Counted from the first letter of the stretch, positions 16,625-26,204 are shown. The stretch is DNA of 64,000 nucleotides from Candidatus Saccharimonadales bacterium (GCA_035478335.1 DATIJS010000057.1:8143-72142); one strand, 5' to 3'. Notes: generated from the sequence alone by a model not told the origin. Numbers and translations: made by a program.

Positions 16625-18214
16625 ATGGTTTTTTACAGAAAGTATCGCCCACAAAAAATTGAAGATTTAGATAGTCAAGCTGTTCGTCAAACATTGACTT
16701 CCGTACTCTCCCAGAATCCACCTCATGCCTTCCTCTTTACCGGTCCAAAAGGTCTTGGTAAGACATCAGCAGCCAGGATAATTGCTAAAGTTGTCAATTG
16801 CACAGGACGACAATTAACAGTTAACAATTTACAGTCAACAAAAGAAAAGTCAAATGTTAAAGGTCAATTGTCAAATTTTGATTCCATCGAACCATGTAAT
16901 AAATGCGAGCAATGCATCTCCATTACAAATGGAACAAATATGGATATTCTGGAAATTGATGCAGCAAGCAACAGGGGAATTGATGAGATCCGTGATTTGA
17001 AAGAAAAAATAAGACTTGCCCCGATGAGTGCTAGCAAAAAAGTTTACATAATTGATGAGGTGCATATGCTGACAACAGAGGCATTTAATGCTTTGCTTAA
17101 AACTCTGGAGGAGCCGCCAAGTCATGCCATGTTCATACTTTGCACTACTGAACCGCAAAAAGTTCCCGATACTATTTTATCCAGATGTCTGCATATCGCA
17201 TTCAAGCCGGCAACTGAGGAGGAATTGATTCGTTCGTTTAAAAGGATTGTTAAGGAGGAGAAGATTGACATAGCTGATGATGCATTAAAATATGTTGCAA
17301 ATTTATCAGATAGAGGTTTTAGAGATGGAGCCAAAATATTGGAAGAAGTATCCAGCCTATCGGGGGGCAAAAAAATAACAATTCAATTGATGGAAGAAAA
17401 ATATCATGCGTCAAGTTCTGCAGTTTATGTGACAAAGATGCTTGATGCTTTGGGCAAAAAAGATATAAAAGCAGCACTTAAAATTGTTGAAAGCATGGTT
17501 GAGCAGGGTTTTGATATCAAATATTTTATTACTCAGCTAATTGATGTACTGCATGAAATTTTATTGATAAAGACAGATGTAATAGCAAATGAAGAAAAAA
17601 ACATCAATGACTTTAGCATCGATCAATTAATTGTATTATTTGAGTTGCTCTCCGGAGCCCAACTGGATGCAAAGGCTGCTGTTTTGCCGCAATTGCCGCT
17701 TGAATTGGCAATTATAGATTATGGATTGCAAAACTACACCGAGTCAAGCGGGGCTACGCCTGAACAAAACCAACAACTCGGAGATGGTAATCAGCGAATT
17801 TCTGCGTATGGATCAGCGTCAATCAGCGACATGAGGAAACAAGATGGGAATATTAAAAAAATTAAAGCAATGTATGGCCCGGCAAAGCAGGATTCTGTAA
17901 TCGAGAAGACTCCAACACAGCCAAGCGGTGAGCTGTTGCACACTTCGGCAACAGGTACGCTTTCCAGTGAATGGCTGGATACATTTTGGAAGAGTATCAT
18001 CTCAGAGATGAAGAATTATAATCATACAGTTGCCGGAGTGTTAAGAGGTGCAAAAATAGGCAGTTTTGATAAAAAAACCCTTGTTATTGAGACCAGCTTT
18101 AAATTTCATAAAGAGAGGCTATCTGATATGAAAACAATAACAGAATTATCAAGAATCGCAAAAATGCTTACTGGAAAAGATGTGACAGTTGAGGTACAAT
18201 TACGTAGGGACTAG
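16625..18214 (+). CDS. dnaX: DNA polymerase III subunit gamma/tau
   Basis: YRKYRP, GPKGLGKTS, EIDAASNRG, IIDEVHML, NALLKTLEEPP, TILSRC. Confidence 0.97.
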   Translation: MVFYRKYRPQKIEDLDSQAVRQTLTSVLSQNPPHAFLFTGPKGLGKTSAARIIAKVVNCTGRQLTVNNLQSTKEKSNVKGQLSNFDSIEPCNKCEQCISITNGTNMDILEIDAASNRGIDEIRDLKEKIRLAPMSASKKVYIIDEVHMLTTEAFNALLKTLEEPPSHAMFILCTTEPQKVPDTILSRCLHIAFKPATEEELIRSFKRIVKEEKIDIADDALKYVANLSDRGFRDGAKILEEVSSLSGGKKITIQLMEEKYHASSSAVYVTKMLDALGKKDIKAALKIVESMVEQGFDIKYFITQLIDVLHEILLIKTDVIANEEKNINDFSIDQLIVLFELLSGAQLDAKAAVLPQLPLELAIIDYGLQNYTESSGATPEQNQQLGDGNQRISAYGSASISDMRKQDGNIKKIKAMYGPAKQDSVIEKTPTQPSGELLHTSATGTLSSEWLDTFWKSIISEMKNYNHTVAGVLRGAKIGSFDKKTLVIETSFKFHKERLSDMKTITELSRIAKMLTGKDVTVEVQLRRD

Positions 18215-18282
18215 GTGTTAGGGTTTAGGTTTTAGTAATTTTATTTATTACTGATCCCTAAGACCTGAAACCTAAAACCTGA
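18204..18282. repeat. Heptamer-periodic inverted-arm element (TTAGGGT family)
   Basis: GTAGGGA CTAGGTG TTAGGGT TTAGGTT ... TCCCTAA GACCTGA AACCTAA AACCTGA. Confidence 0.75.
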
Positions 18283-18299
18283 TTAGGGAGGTGATTTTT

Positions 18300-18587
18300 A
18301 TGAATAATCCATTTGGTCAATTAGGAGAACTTAAAAAAATGAGGGATCAGGCAATGCAGATCCAAAAGCAGCTCAAAATGGAAGAGGTTGAGATAAATAA
18401 GCACGGAGTGTATGTTCGAATTTCAGGTGACCAGGAAATCAGAGAGATAATCAGTAACGGTAAATCAGACAATGATATAAGGGGTGCAATAAACGAGGCC
18501 GTTAAAAAGTCGCAAGAAGTAGCTGCCAAAAAACTTCAAAGCATGGGAGGAATGGGCGGACTCGGAGGATTGCTGGGTGGTAAATAA
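18300..18587 (+). CDS. ybaB: YbaB/EbfC nucleoid-associated protein
   Basis: QAMQIQKQL..EEV, V.ISGDQ, AINEA.KKSQ; between dnaX and recR; GGAGGTG SD. Confidence 0.88.
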   Translation: MNNPFGQLGELKKMRDQAMQIQKQLKMEEVEINKHGVYVRISGDQEIREIISNGKSDNDIRGAINEAVKKSQEVAAKKLQSMGGMGGLGGLLGGK

Positions 18588-18657
18588 GGGTAAAGGGGAA
18601 AGCGGGAAGGGTGAAGTTTAAAAACTTCTTTCCCCTTAACGCTTAACGCTTTTCCCT
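18584..18657. repeat. Empty heptamer inverted-arm element (AAGGG/AAGCG family)
   Basis: ATAAGGG TAAAGGG GAAAGCG GGAAGGG-TGAAGTTTAAAAACTTC-TTT CCCCTTA ACGCTTA ACGCTTT TCCCT. Confidence 0.8.
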
Positions 18658-18665
18658 AATAAACT

Positions 18666-19625
18666 ATGGTAAATAAATCTGAAGATTTTATTCTTTTAAC
18701 AGGCCGTTCAAACGTGCAGTTGGCGAAAGATGTTGCAAAACTTCTTGGGCAGAAACTGCATGAACCTATTAGTCTTTTTTCTGATGGCGAGATAAGAGTG
18801 AGAGTTCCGGTTAGCTTGCGGAATATGCATGTCTTCATCATTCAGCCAACCGCGCCGCGTGTAAATGACAGCATCATGGAACTTCTACTTATGATTGATG
18901 CTGCCAAAAGAGCTTCTGCTTCTGAAATCTCAGCAATTATTCCATATTTTGGCTATTCACGCCAGGATAGGAAAGAAATGCCGCGTGTTCCGATCAGTTC
19001 TTCGGCAATTGCCAATATGATCACAAATGCCGGCGCAACGCAAATTTTGACAATTGATATCCATTCGCAGCAGCAGCAGGGATTTGTTTCAATCCCATGG
19101 GACAATCTGTACGGCAGTTATGCTTTGCTCCCGATGATTAAGTCACTAAAATTAAAAGATCTGGTAGTTGCTTCCCCTGACAAAGGCGGAATGATTCAAG
19201 CAACAGGTTATGCAAAGCTTTTGGGGGCAGATGGAGTAGCACTTGTTTATAAAGAGCGGGATGTTGCTGTCAACGATAAATCAGGGACTTCGGCAATGAT
19301 CGGAAAAGTAAAGGATAAGAATGTACTTTTGGTTGATGACATAATCAGCACGGGAGGCACTATCGTAAACGCTGCTGTCTATTTAAAAGAACGTGGTGCG
19401 AAAAGCGTCAGACTGGCAATTGTTCATGGTCTTTTTGTTGGAGATGCAATCGAGAAAATAAAAAATCCGGTTATTGATGAGATTTTTGTGTCAGATACGA
19501 TTGAGCAGAGAAGTGAAGTTAAAAATATCAAAAAAGTTAAAATTGCTTCAGTTGCACCTCTTTTGGCTGAAGCAATAAAAAGAATTCAAACCGGTCAGTC
19601 GATAAGCCGTGATTTGATTTTGTAA
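18666..19625 (+). CDS. prs: Ribose-phosphate pyrophosphokinase, copy 1
   Basis: FSDGE, PYFGYSRQDRK, DIHS, VASPDKGG, VDDIISTGGT. Confidence 0.95.
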   Translation: MVNKSEDFILLTGRSNVQLAKDVAKLLGQKLHEPISLFSDGEIRVRVPVSLRNMHVFIIQPTAPRVNDSIMELLLMIDAAKRASASEISAIIPYFGYSRQDRKEMPRVPISSSAIANMITNAGATQILTIDIHSQQQQGFVSIPWDNLYGSYALLPMIKSLKLKDLVVASPDKGGMIQATGYAKLLGADGVALVYKERDVAVNDKSGTSAMIGKVKDKNVLLVDDIISTGGTIVNAAVYLKERGAKSVRLAIVHGLFVGDAIEKIKNPVIDEIFVSDTIEQRSEVKNIKKVKIASVAPLLAEAIKRIQTGQSISRDLIL

Positions 19626-19676
19626 AAGTTGGATTTGTCTTGCCCCCGCGCCTCTTTAATAGTACAATAATCTCAG

Positions 19677-20600
19677 ATGAAGATATTTAGCGGGAGTTCA
19701 AATAAGCTGCTTGCCGAAAAATTAGCCCAAAATTTAGGATTGGAATTGTCAGAAATTGAGATACATGTTTTTCCGGATGGAGAGAGGCGCGTTAAATTAA
19801 ATGACATCGTTGTGGATGAAGAGACTGTGGTGGTTCAGTCGACAGCGACTCCGGTTGATCAAAACTACATCGAATTATTCTTTATTATTGATGCGCTTAA
19901 GCGTTCAGGAGCAAAATCTGTTACAGCTGTAATGCCTTATCTAGGCTATCAAAGGCAGGATCATATCTTCCGCGATGGAGAAGCAGTTTCTCTGCAAGTG
20001 ATGATTGGAATTTTGGAATCGATGGGAGTAAATAAGGTGATAGTTCTTGATCTGCATACAATAAAGATTCCTGAATTTTTTCATATACCGATTGATCATT
20101 TGTCAGCACTTCCCCAATTCGCAAAAGTTATAAAGGAAAATGGATGGGACTCTGATTCAATTCTTGTATCACCTGATATGGGGGGTTTAAGAAGAATAAA
20201 GGAGATGTCAGAATTTTTGTCCGGAATGTCTTGGATTGCAACAGTTAAAGATAGGAATTTGGATACCGGTGAAATAACTATAGAGAAAATTGAAAGCTCA
20301 GTTTCCAACTGGAGTATGGAAAATTTAAAAGGGAAAAGAGCCCTTATTGTTGACGACATGGCATCAAGCGGAGGAACATTGATTGAGTCTGCGAAACTTC
20401 TTAAAAAAAGTGGAATTTCAGAAGTGTACGCTTTTGTAACGCATCCGATTTTTTCCAAAGATGCACCTAAATTACTTCAGGACTCAGAGATCACCAAAGT
20501 TTTTGTGACTGATTCGGTTTACGTTTCGGAGGAAAAGAAGTTTCCAAAGTTGGAAGTTTTATCGGTTGCGGAGATGATAGCGAAAGAAATCAAAGATTAA
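19677..20600 (+). CDS. prs: Ribose-phosphate pyrophosphokinase, copy 2
   Basis: FPDGE, PYLGYQRQD, DLH, VSPDMGG, VDDMASSGGT. Confidence 0.93.
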   Translation: MKIFSGSSNKLLAEKLAQNLGLELSEIEIHVFPDGERRVKLNDIVVDEETVVVQSTATPVDQNYIELFFIIDALKRSGAKSVTAVMPYLGYQRQDHIFRDGEAVSLQVMIGILESMGVNKVIVLDLHTIKIPEFFHIPIDHLSALPQFAKVIKENGWDSDSILVSPDMGGLRRIKEMSEFLSGMSWIATVKDRNLDTGEITIEKIESSVSNWSMENLKGKRALIVDDMASSGGTLIESAKLLKKSGISEVYAFVTHPIFSKDAPKLLQDSEITKVFVTDSVYVSEEKKFPKLEVLSVAEMIAKEIKD

Positions 20601-20683
20601 AAATAAAACATCAAATATACATATCAAAAGTCAAAGACACGTTTTTATTTGTTTTTACTTTTTAATATTTAATTTTTAATTTA

Positions 20684-21289
20684 ATGATGAAAATTCCAAA
20701 AGCAATTACCAATTTGGTTGAAAGTTTTGAGCGTCTTCCTGGTGTTGGTCCGAAGACTGCTCAGCGGCTTGCGTTTTATCTGCTGCACGTTCCCCAAGGC
20801 GAATTAGATCGATTCGCTATGTCTGTTGCAGAGCTTAAAAAGAATACAATAATATGTTCAATCTGCTTCTCTGTTGATGAGATTGATCCATGCAGTATTT
20901 GTTCAGATGCAAAGCGAAATCAGCAAATTATTTGCGTTGTTGAGCAGCCGCTGGATATTTTGGCATTTGAGAAAAGTGGAAAATATACAGGCGTGTATCA
21001 TGTCTTGCATGGGAAAATTGACCCATTAAATAATATCGGACCGGATGAGATTCATATTGCAGAATTGCTGCAAAGGTGCAGGAATTCGGATATTAAAGAG
21101 GTTATATTGGCGACTAATCCGACGATGGAAGGGGAGGCAACTGCTATGTACATTGCAAAGCAACTGAAAACTGAGAACCAAGAACTAAGAATTACTAGAA
21201 TTGGAAGAGGTTTGCCAACTGGTGCGGATATTGAATATGCTGACAGTACCACACTTGTTCAGGCAATGACAGGCAGACAGGAATATTGA
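20684..21289 (+). CDS. recR: Recombination mediator RecR
   Basis: LPGVGPKTAQRLA, C4 zinc finger, YHVLHG, ATNPTMEGEATA. Confidence 0.97.
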   Translation: MMKIPKAITNLVESFERLPGVGPKTAQRLAFYLLHVPQGELDRFAMSVAELKKNTIICSICFSVDEIDPCSICSDAKRNQQIICVVEQPLDILAFEKSGKYTGVYHVLHGKIDPLNNIGPDEIHIAELLQRCRNSDIKEVILATNPTMEGEATAMYIAKQLKTENQELRITRIGRGLPTGADIEYADSTTLVQAMTGRQEY

Positions 21290-21301
21290 TATAATAAAGT
21301 T

Positions 21302-21913
21302 ATGCCAAAGAATATTTTCGGGAGTGAAGAGACAAGTTTTGAGAACGGAATTTCCCTCACCAAACCAGTAAAAGCGATGAGTGATGCAGCCAAGCAGCAG
21401 GCAAAGGCAGCAGCCAATGATTTTGTTGCCCAACTTTATGGTGTGAAGGATAAAACTACTGATCTAAATGATCCGAATGCCAAGAATCAAAAACAGCAGC
21501 AACAGCAAGCCCCTCCGCCAAAACCGAAAAAATCAACACATATACTTTCAGGAATGAGCAACGCAGGAGACCACGCTAAATTCATAGCCCGTCAGCAGTA
21601 TTTGGACAAAGGAGATGCAAAAGGAGCAGAAGACATTATGTTTCATATGCAGCATTATTTTGATGAGTCTGTGATGACGCTTGAGGATCGGGTCAAGAAA
21701 TTCAGACGCGAGCAGGAGCAGCAAAGAGCTGAGCGCAAGAAGCAGCAGGAGGAAGAGGATCAGCAGAAAAAGGAGAAAGAAGCAAAAGAGAAAGAAGAAT
21801 TGCCACAAGCAACAGGAAAGGGAAGAAATAGAATGGGTAAAAAGCCAAAGACCAGTATTTCACTCAAGATGAGTCAGACCAAAACAGAAATCAACCGCGG
21901 AGCGACAGGGTAG
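21302..21913 (+). CDS. Hypothetical charged/coiled-coil protein
   Basis: 203-aa Gln/Glu/Lys-rich ORF with TATAAT 6 nt before ATG. Confidence 0.7.
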   Translation: MPKNIFGSEETSFENGISLTKPVKAMSDAAKQQAKAAANDFVAQLYGVKDKTTDLNDPNAKNQKQQQQQAPPPKPKKSTHILSGMSNAGDHAKFIARQQYLDKGDAKGAEDIMFHMQHYFDESVMTLEDRVKKFRREQEQQRAERKKQQEEEDQQKKEKEAKEKEELPQATGKGRNRMGKKPKTSISLKMSQTKTEINRGATG

Positions 21914-21993
21914 GAGTTGAATTACTAATTACGAATCACGAATTAAGGTTTATATTTTGGATTTTTGCCTCAAGTAAGCTATAATGTAAAGAG

Positions 21994-23385
21994 ATGTTAA
22001 AACTCTACAATTCTCTCTCCCGAAAGATAGAAACATTCAAGCCCATTAATCCAAAGGAAATTGGTGTATATACCTGCGGACCTACAGTTTATGACTTTGC
22101 TCATATCGGAAATTTCAGAACTTATACAACGTCTGATATATTGGTTCGCGCGTTAAAATTCAATGGATTTAATGTTAAGTATATTATGAATTTAACGGAT
22201 GTAGGGCATTTGACAGGAGATAATTTGGGGGATGCAGATACAGGTGAGGACAGGATGGAGAAAGCAGCCAAAAAAGAGGGAAAAACTGCATGGGATGTAG
22301 CTGAATTTTATACTGATGCTTTTCTCAAAGATTATGACGCATTAAACCTTGAGCAGCCGGAGCGTTTTGCAAAAGCAACCGATCACATCAAAGAGCAAAT
22401 TGATTTGGTAAGCAAATTAGAAAAAAAAGGATTTACCTATGCAACAACGGACGGCATTTATTTTGATACTTCAAAATTCAAAAACTACGGAGAGTTGTCA
22501 GACCTGGATCAGATCAAAGAAGGAGCAAGAGTCGAAATAAACGACGAGAAGAAAAATCCACGGGATTTTGCACTGTGGAAGTTTTCCAAAACAGATGAGA
22601 AGCGCCATATGGAATGGAAGAGCCCATGGGGTAATGGTTTTCCGGGGTGGCATATAGAATGCTCAGCAATGAGCATGAAATATCTTGGGGAAAGTTTTGA
22701 CATTCATGCCGGGGGAGTTGATCTCAAACAGACTCATCACCCAAATGAAATTGCGCAGGCGGAGGCAGCAACAGGCAAAAAGTTTGTAAATTATTGGGTG
22801 CATAGCGCGTTTATTTTGATTCAAGGCGAGAGGATGAGTAAAAGTCTTGGTAATAATTATCGACTTTATGATCTTGAAAAAAGCGGATATCATCCAATGA
22901 GTCTTCGCTATCTATATCTTCAAGCGCATTACCGCAAGGAACTTAATTTTACATTTCCTTCGCTAGATGGCGCAGAAAACGCCCTCAAAAAATTGCTCCA
23001 GGATATTGCTTTATGGAATGAGCCGGCAGGTGCACTCCCTGAGTATGATAAGCGCTTTCTTGACGCAATCAATGACGATTTGAATACACCCCAAGCCCTT
23101 GCTGTGATGTGGGAAATGGTCAAATCTGACCATCCTACAGCTGCAAAGGCAAAAACGCTTTTTAAGATGGATCAGGTGCTGGGTCTAAACCTTTTTGAGA
23201 ATAGGGAGGTAATTAAACGAGATCAGGGGATTGTGCCTGATGAAATCAAAGCAATGGTTCGCGAGCGGGAACAACTCAGACGCGAAAAGCGATTCAATTT
23301 AGCAGATCAGTTGAGAAGAAAGATTGAGAAGCTTGGATATGTCATAGAAGACTCCAAAACCGGCCCCAAAGCAAGGAAGGTATAG
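21994..23385 (+). CDS. cysS: Cysteine--tRNA ligase
   Basis: YTCGPTVY, HIGN, DFALWK, PGWHIECSAM, RMSKS. Confidence 0.98.
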   Translation: MLKLYNSLSRKIETFKPINPKEIGVYTCGPTVYDFAHIGNFRTYTTSDILVRALKFNGFNVKYIMNLTDVGHLTGDNLGDADTGEDRMEKAAKKEGKTAWDVAEFYTDAFLKDYDALNLEQPERFAKATDHIKEQIDLVSKLEKKGFTYATTDGIYFDTSKFKNYGELSDLDQIKEGARVEINDEKKNPRDFALWKFSKTDEKRHMEWKSPWGNGFPGWHIECSAMSMKYLGESFDIHAGGVDLKQTHHPNEIAQAEAATGKKFVNYWVHSAFILIQGERMSKSLGNNYRLYDLEKSGYHPMSLRYLYLQAHYRKELNFTFPSLDGAENALKKLLQDIALWNEPAGALPEYDKRFLDAINDDLNTPQALAVMWEMVKSDHPTAAKAKTLFKMDQVLGLNLFENREVIKRDQGIVPDEIKAMVREREQLRREKRFNLADQLRRKIEKLGYVIEDSKTGPKARKV

Positions 23386-23399
23386 GTAATTTCAAGTTA

Positions 23400-25604
23400 T
23401 TATGGCGTTACTATTACTGTCGGGAGAGGAATTGATTGTGTAGGCGATGGAGTAATTTGCAGAGTTTGAGTTGGAGTAGAAGTTGGAACATTTGTCGGCG
23501 TGGGAGTTGGAGTAGGTTCGTCAGGTTTATTTGTAGGAGTTGGGGTAACTGATATAGTGGGAGACGGCGTGAAAGTTGGCGTTGGGAGTTCACATGACTC
23601 AGGCTGTGTACCTGCTATGAAGTATTCTGTGTAGTTTTTGAACCCTGAAATACAGACAGGCTGCATAACCACAAATGTTGGCTTATCAAATGTTTCAAGC
23701 GGTGTATTGAGTAAAAAGTGATCCATCATATTTCTCCAGATTGGTGCAGCGCCCAGAGATCCAGCAACATTATCCATCGGAGTGTTATCATTGTTCCCGA
23801 CCCAGACACCAACAGCCAGACTAGGAGTGTATCCGACAGTCAGGGCGTCGCGAAAATCACTGGTAGTACCTGTCTTGACAGCTGCAATCCGTGAGATAGT
23901 CAAAGCGCCCCCAAATTCCTCAGCGCGAGCTTTATTGTCTGAGAGAATACTTGAAATAAGGTACGAGCCTTCTTCAGAGATTACCTTTTTGGAAGTTTGA
24001 GTATTTAAAAAGCCAAAAAGCTTAGCCCAAAAATTGCCCTCGTCAACTATATTTCCATATTTATCCTTAATTTCGATTACCGATTTTGGCGGGTTGTAAA
24101 CGCCTTTGTCAGCAAAGACGGCATATGCATCAGTTAACTCAAGCAGTTTTACTTCACCCGATCCAAGAACAAGAGACAAGCCGTATCGCGATGCATCAGT
24201 TCCAAGAGTAGTGATTCCCAAGTTTTGAGCTTGCTCAAGTCCTGCCGGTACGCCAACCTTTTCCATCACCTCAACTGCCGGGATATTGAGCGAATTTGCC
24301 AAAGCCCGTCTGACTGTCACAGGCCCTCTAAATCTCTTATCATAATCAAGAGGTTTGTAATTTCCGTCAAATGTTTTGGCACTATCATCTAGAAGAGTTG
24401 CCGGTGTAATCAGTTTGTCCTCAAAAGCCTTCTCGTAAATTAGAGGTTTGAATGAGGAGCCGGGCTGACGTGGAGAAATAGCCATATTTGTCTGACCAAA
24501 TTTTGCGTCTTCAAAATCATATGAGCCAACCATTACAAGTATTTCACCTGTTTTGGGATCAATCGCTATTGCTGCTCCGTTGCTGGCATCATTGTATTTA
24601 AGATATCTCATTTGATTCTTGACAGCCTTTTGCGCATATACTTGTTTTTCTTCATCCAGAGTTGTCTGGACCTGAAAACCATCTCTGATGATCCGTTCCT
24701 CACCATATTTTTTGATAAGTTGGTCTTTGACATAAATCGCGAAATGAGGAGCAAGAGTATTTTCGTCTTTAATTTTGGAAGGATTATATTTTAGAATTTT
24801 ATTCTCTGCATTTTGTTCCTCAGAATGAGTTAAAAAACCGTCTTTTACCATTTCTGAAAGTACGATTTTTTGTTTTCTGAGAGCGCCCGATTCATCATTG
24901 GACAATGGGGAAAGCGCAGAGGGGGCAGGAAGTATACCGACAAGAAGTGCACATTCGGAAAGACTCAGTTCGCTTGCGTGCTTGCCGAAATATGCTTCGG
25001 ACGCATTCTCAACACCAAATGCACCCTCTCCAAAATAAACTGAATTAAGATACATTTCCAAAATATCCTGTTTGGAAAATCTTCTATTCAGCTCTGCTGC
25101 CAAGACGATTTCCTGATATTTTCGAAGGAAGTTTTTATTAGAAGAAAGAAAAGCATTTTTGGCCAGTTCTTGGGTAATTGTTGAACCCCCTTCGACAATA
25201 TGTCCTGCAAAAATATTGCTTATAAAAGCTCTAGCAACTCCCCGGATTGAAAAGCCGGGATTTGTATAAAAAGTTTTGTCTTCTGTTGCAATAACTGCTT
25301 TTTGGATATTGTCAGGAATTTCAACAAGTGGGACATATTGAATTTCTTTTGGCTGATAAAAAGTGAAAAATGGCTTGTTGTCCCGGGTCAGAAGCGTAAG
25401 GCCTGTTTTGCCTCTATTCATAATACTGTCTTTGTCCTTTAAATCCTTTGCAAAGTAGAGATAAGTGATAGGGGGAACTAGGAGGATTAAGATGATTACA
25501 GCAATTCCGGCATAGATAATCTGGTGTTTGTAGCGCTTTGGGAAAGTTTTCAAAAAAGCTTTGAAATTAAACTCTCTCCACCAATCTTTAAGTCTTTTTA
25601 GCAT
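23400..25604 (-). CDS. Class A penicillin-binding protein (transglycosylase/transpeptidase)
   Basis: TED..FY, GGSTITQELAKN, YLN.VYFG, SSFK, SLN, KTGT; Pro/Thr-rich tail. Confidence 0.95.
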   Translation of the reverse strand: MLKRLKDWWREFNFKAFLKTFPKRYKHQIIYAGIAVIILILLVPPITYLYFAKDLKDKDSIMNRGKTGLTLLTRDNKPFFTFYQPKEIQYVPLVEIPDNIQKAVIATEDKTFYTNPGFSIRGVARAFISNIFAGHIVEGGSTITQELAKNAFLSSNKNFLRKYQEIVLAAELNRRFSKQDILEMYLNSVYFGEGAFGVENASEAYFGKHASELSLSECALLVGILPAPSALSPLSNDESGALRKQKIVLSEMVKDGFLTHSEEQNAENKILKYNPSKIKDENTLAPHFAIYVKDQLIKKYGEERIIRDGFQVQTTLDEEKQVYAQKAVKNQMRYLKYNDASNGAAIAIDPKTGEILVMVGSYDFEDAKFGQTNMAISPRQPGSSFKPLIYEKAFEDKLITPATLLDDSAKTFDGNYKPLDYDKRFRGPVTVRRALANSLNIPAVEVMEKVGVPAGLEQAQNLGITTLGTDASRYGLSLVLGSGEVKLLELTDAYAVFADKGVYNPPKSVIEIKDKYGNIVDEGNFWAKLFGFLNTQTSKKVISEEGSYLISSILSDNKARAEEFGGALTISRIAAVKTGTTSDFRDALTVGYTPSLAVGVWVGNNDNTPMDNVAGSLGAAPIWRNMMDHFLLNTPLETFDKPTFVVMQPVCISGFKNYTEYFIAGTQPESCELPTPTFTPSPTISVTPTPTNKPDEPTPTPTPTNVPTSTPTQTLQITPSPTQSIPLPTVIVTP

Positions 25605-25661
25605 AAAACTGTTCCCATTTTAGCACAAAACCTGTTAAAATAATGTTGATATCGCATCACT

Positions 25662-26186
25662 ATGGAAATTGTCAAACAAACAGAAGCGTTAATGATATTA
25701 GAAGAGAGGTTGAGGAGTAAAGGGGTAATAATTTTATTATTATTAGCGATAGTAGTTATCCTTATTTTGGATCATGGAGTTGGTTTGTTGATTGCGGCTA
25801 TTTTATTAATTTGTCTATTATTATATGTGTATCTCAGCGGTTCTAGTATCGAATCCGCTATTACAATTGATAAAAACAGCGGTTTGATTACTATCGAATT
25901 TCCAAATCTTAGTATGGTAATACCAAAACAGCAAAGAAAGATTGAGGAAATAACAGCAGTTAGAGTAAAAATTCGATATTTTAACCCTACTAAGCTACCA
26001 TATAAATCAATTATTTTGGTATTTACAAATGGAGAAGAAGTGGTCATTAATAGATTGAGTTTCAGTTATAGTATTATATTCCATTTTTTTGTTACTCCTC
26101 AGGAAGTGAAGATCGGTAAAGCAATTGCAGAATTTTTAAATGTTCCATTTGATCAATCATTTAAGTTTAATTTTGGATTTAAATAA
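25662..26186 (+). CDS. Hypothetical membrane protein
   Basis: Two N-terminal TM helices followed by a beta-rich domain ending IAEFLNVP. Confidence 0.65.
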   Translation: MEIVKQTEALMILEERLRSKGVIILLLLAIVVILILDHGVGLLIAAILLICLLLYVYLSGSSIESAITIDKNSGLITIEFPNLSMVIPKQQRKIEEITAVRVKIRYFNPTKLPYKSIILVFTNGEEVVINRLSFSYSIIFHFFVTPQEVKIGKAIAEFLNVPFDQSFKFNFGFK

Positions 26187-26204
26187 TGTATAATTATTAG
26201 TGCT

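Noticed and set aside
13624-21947. CRISPR array suggested by repeated intergenic motifs
   Set aside because: Units are 7-9 bp, degenerate and contiguous, with no unique spacers and no cas genes
23400-23590. Repetitive DNA at the PBP 3' end
   Set aside because: Explained by a Pro/Thr-rich peptide tail with codon-level periodicity
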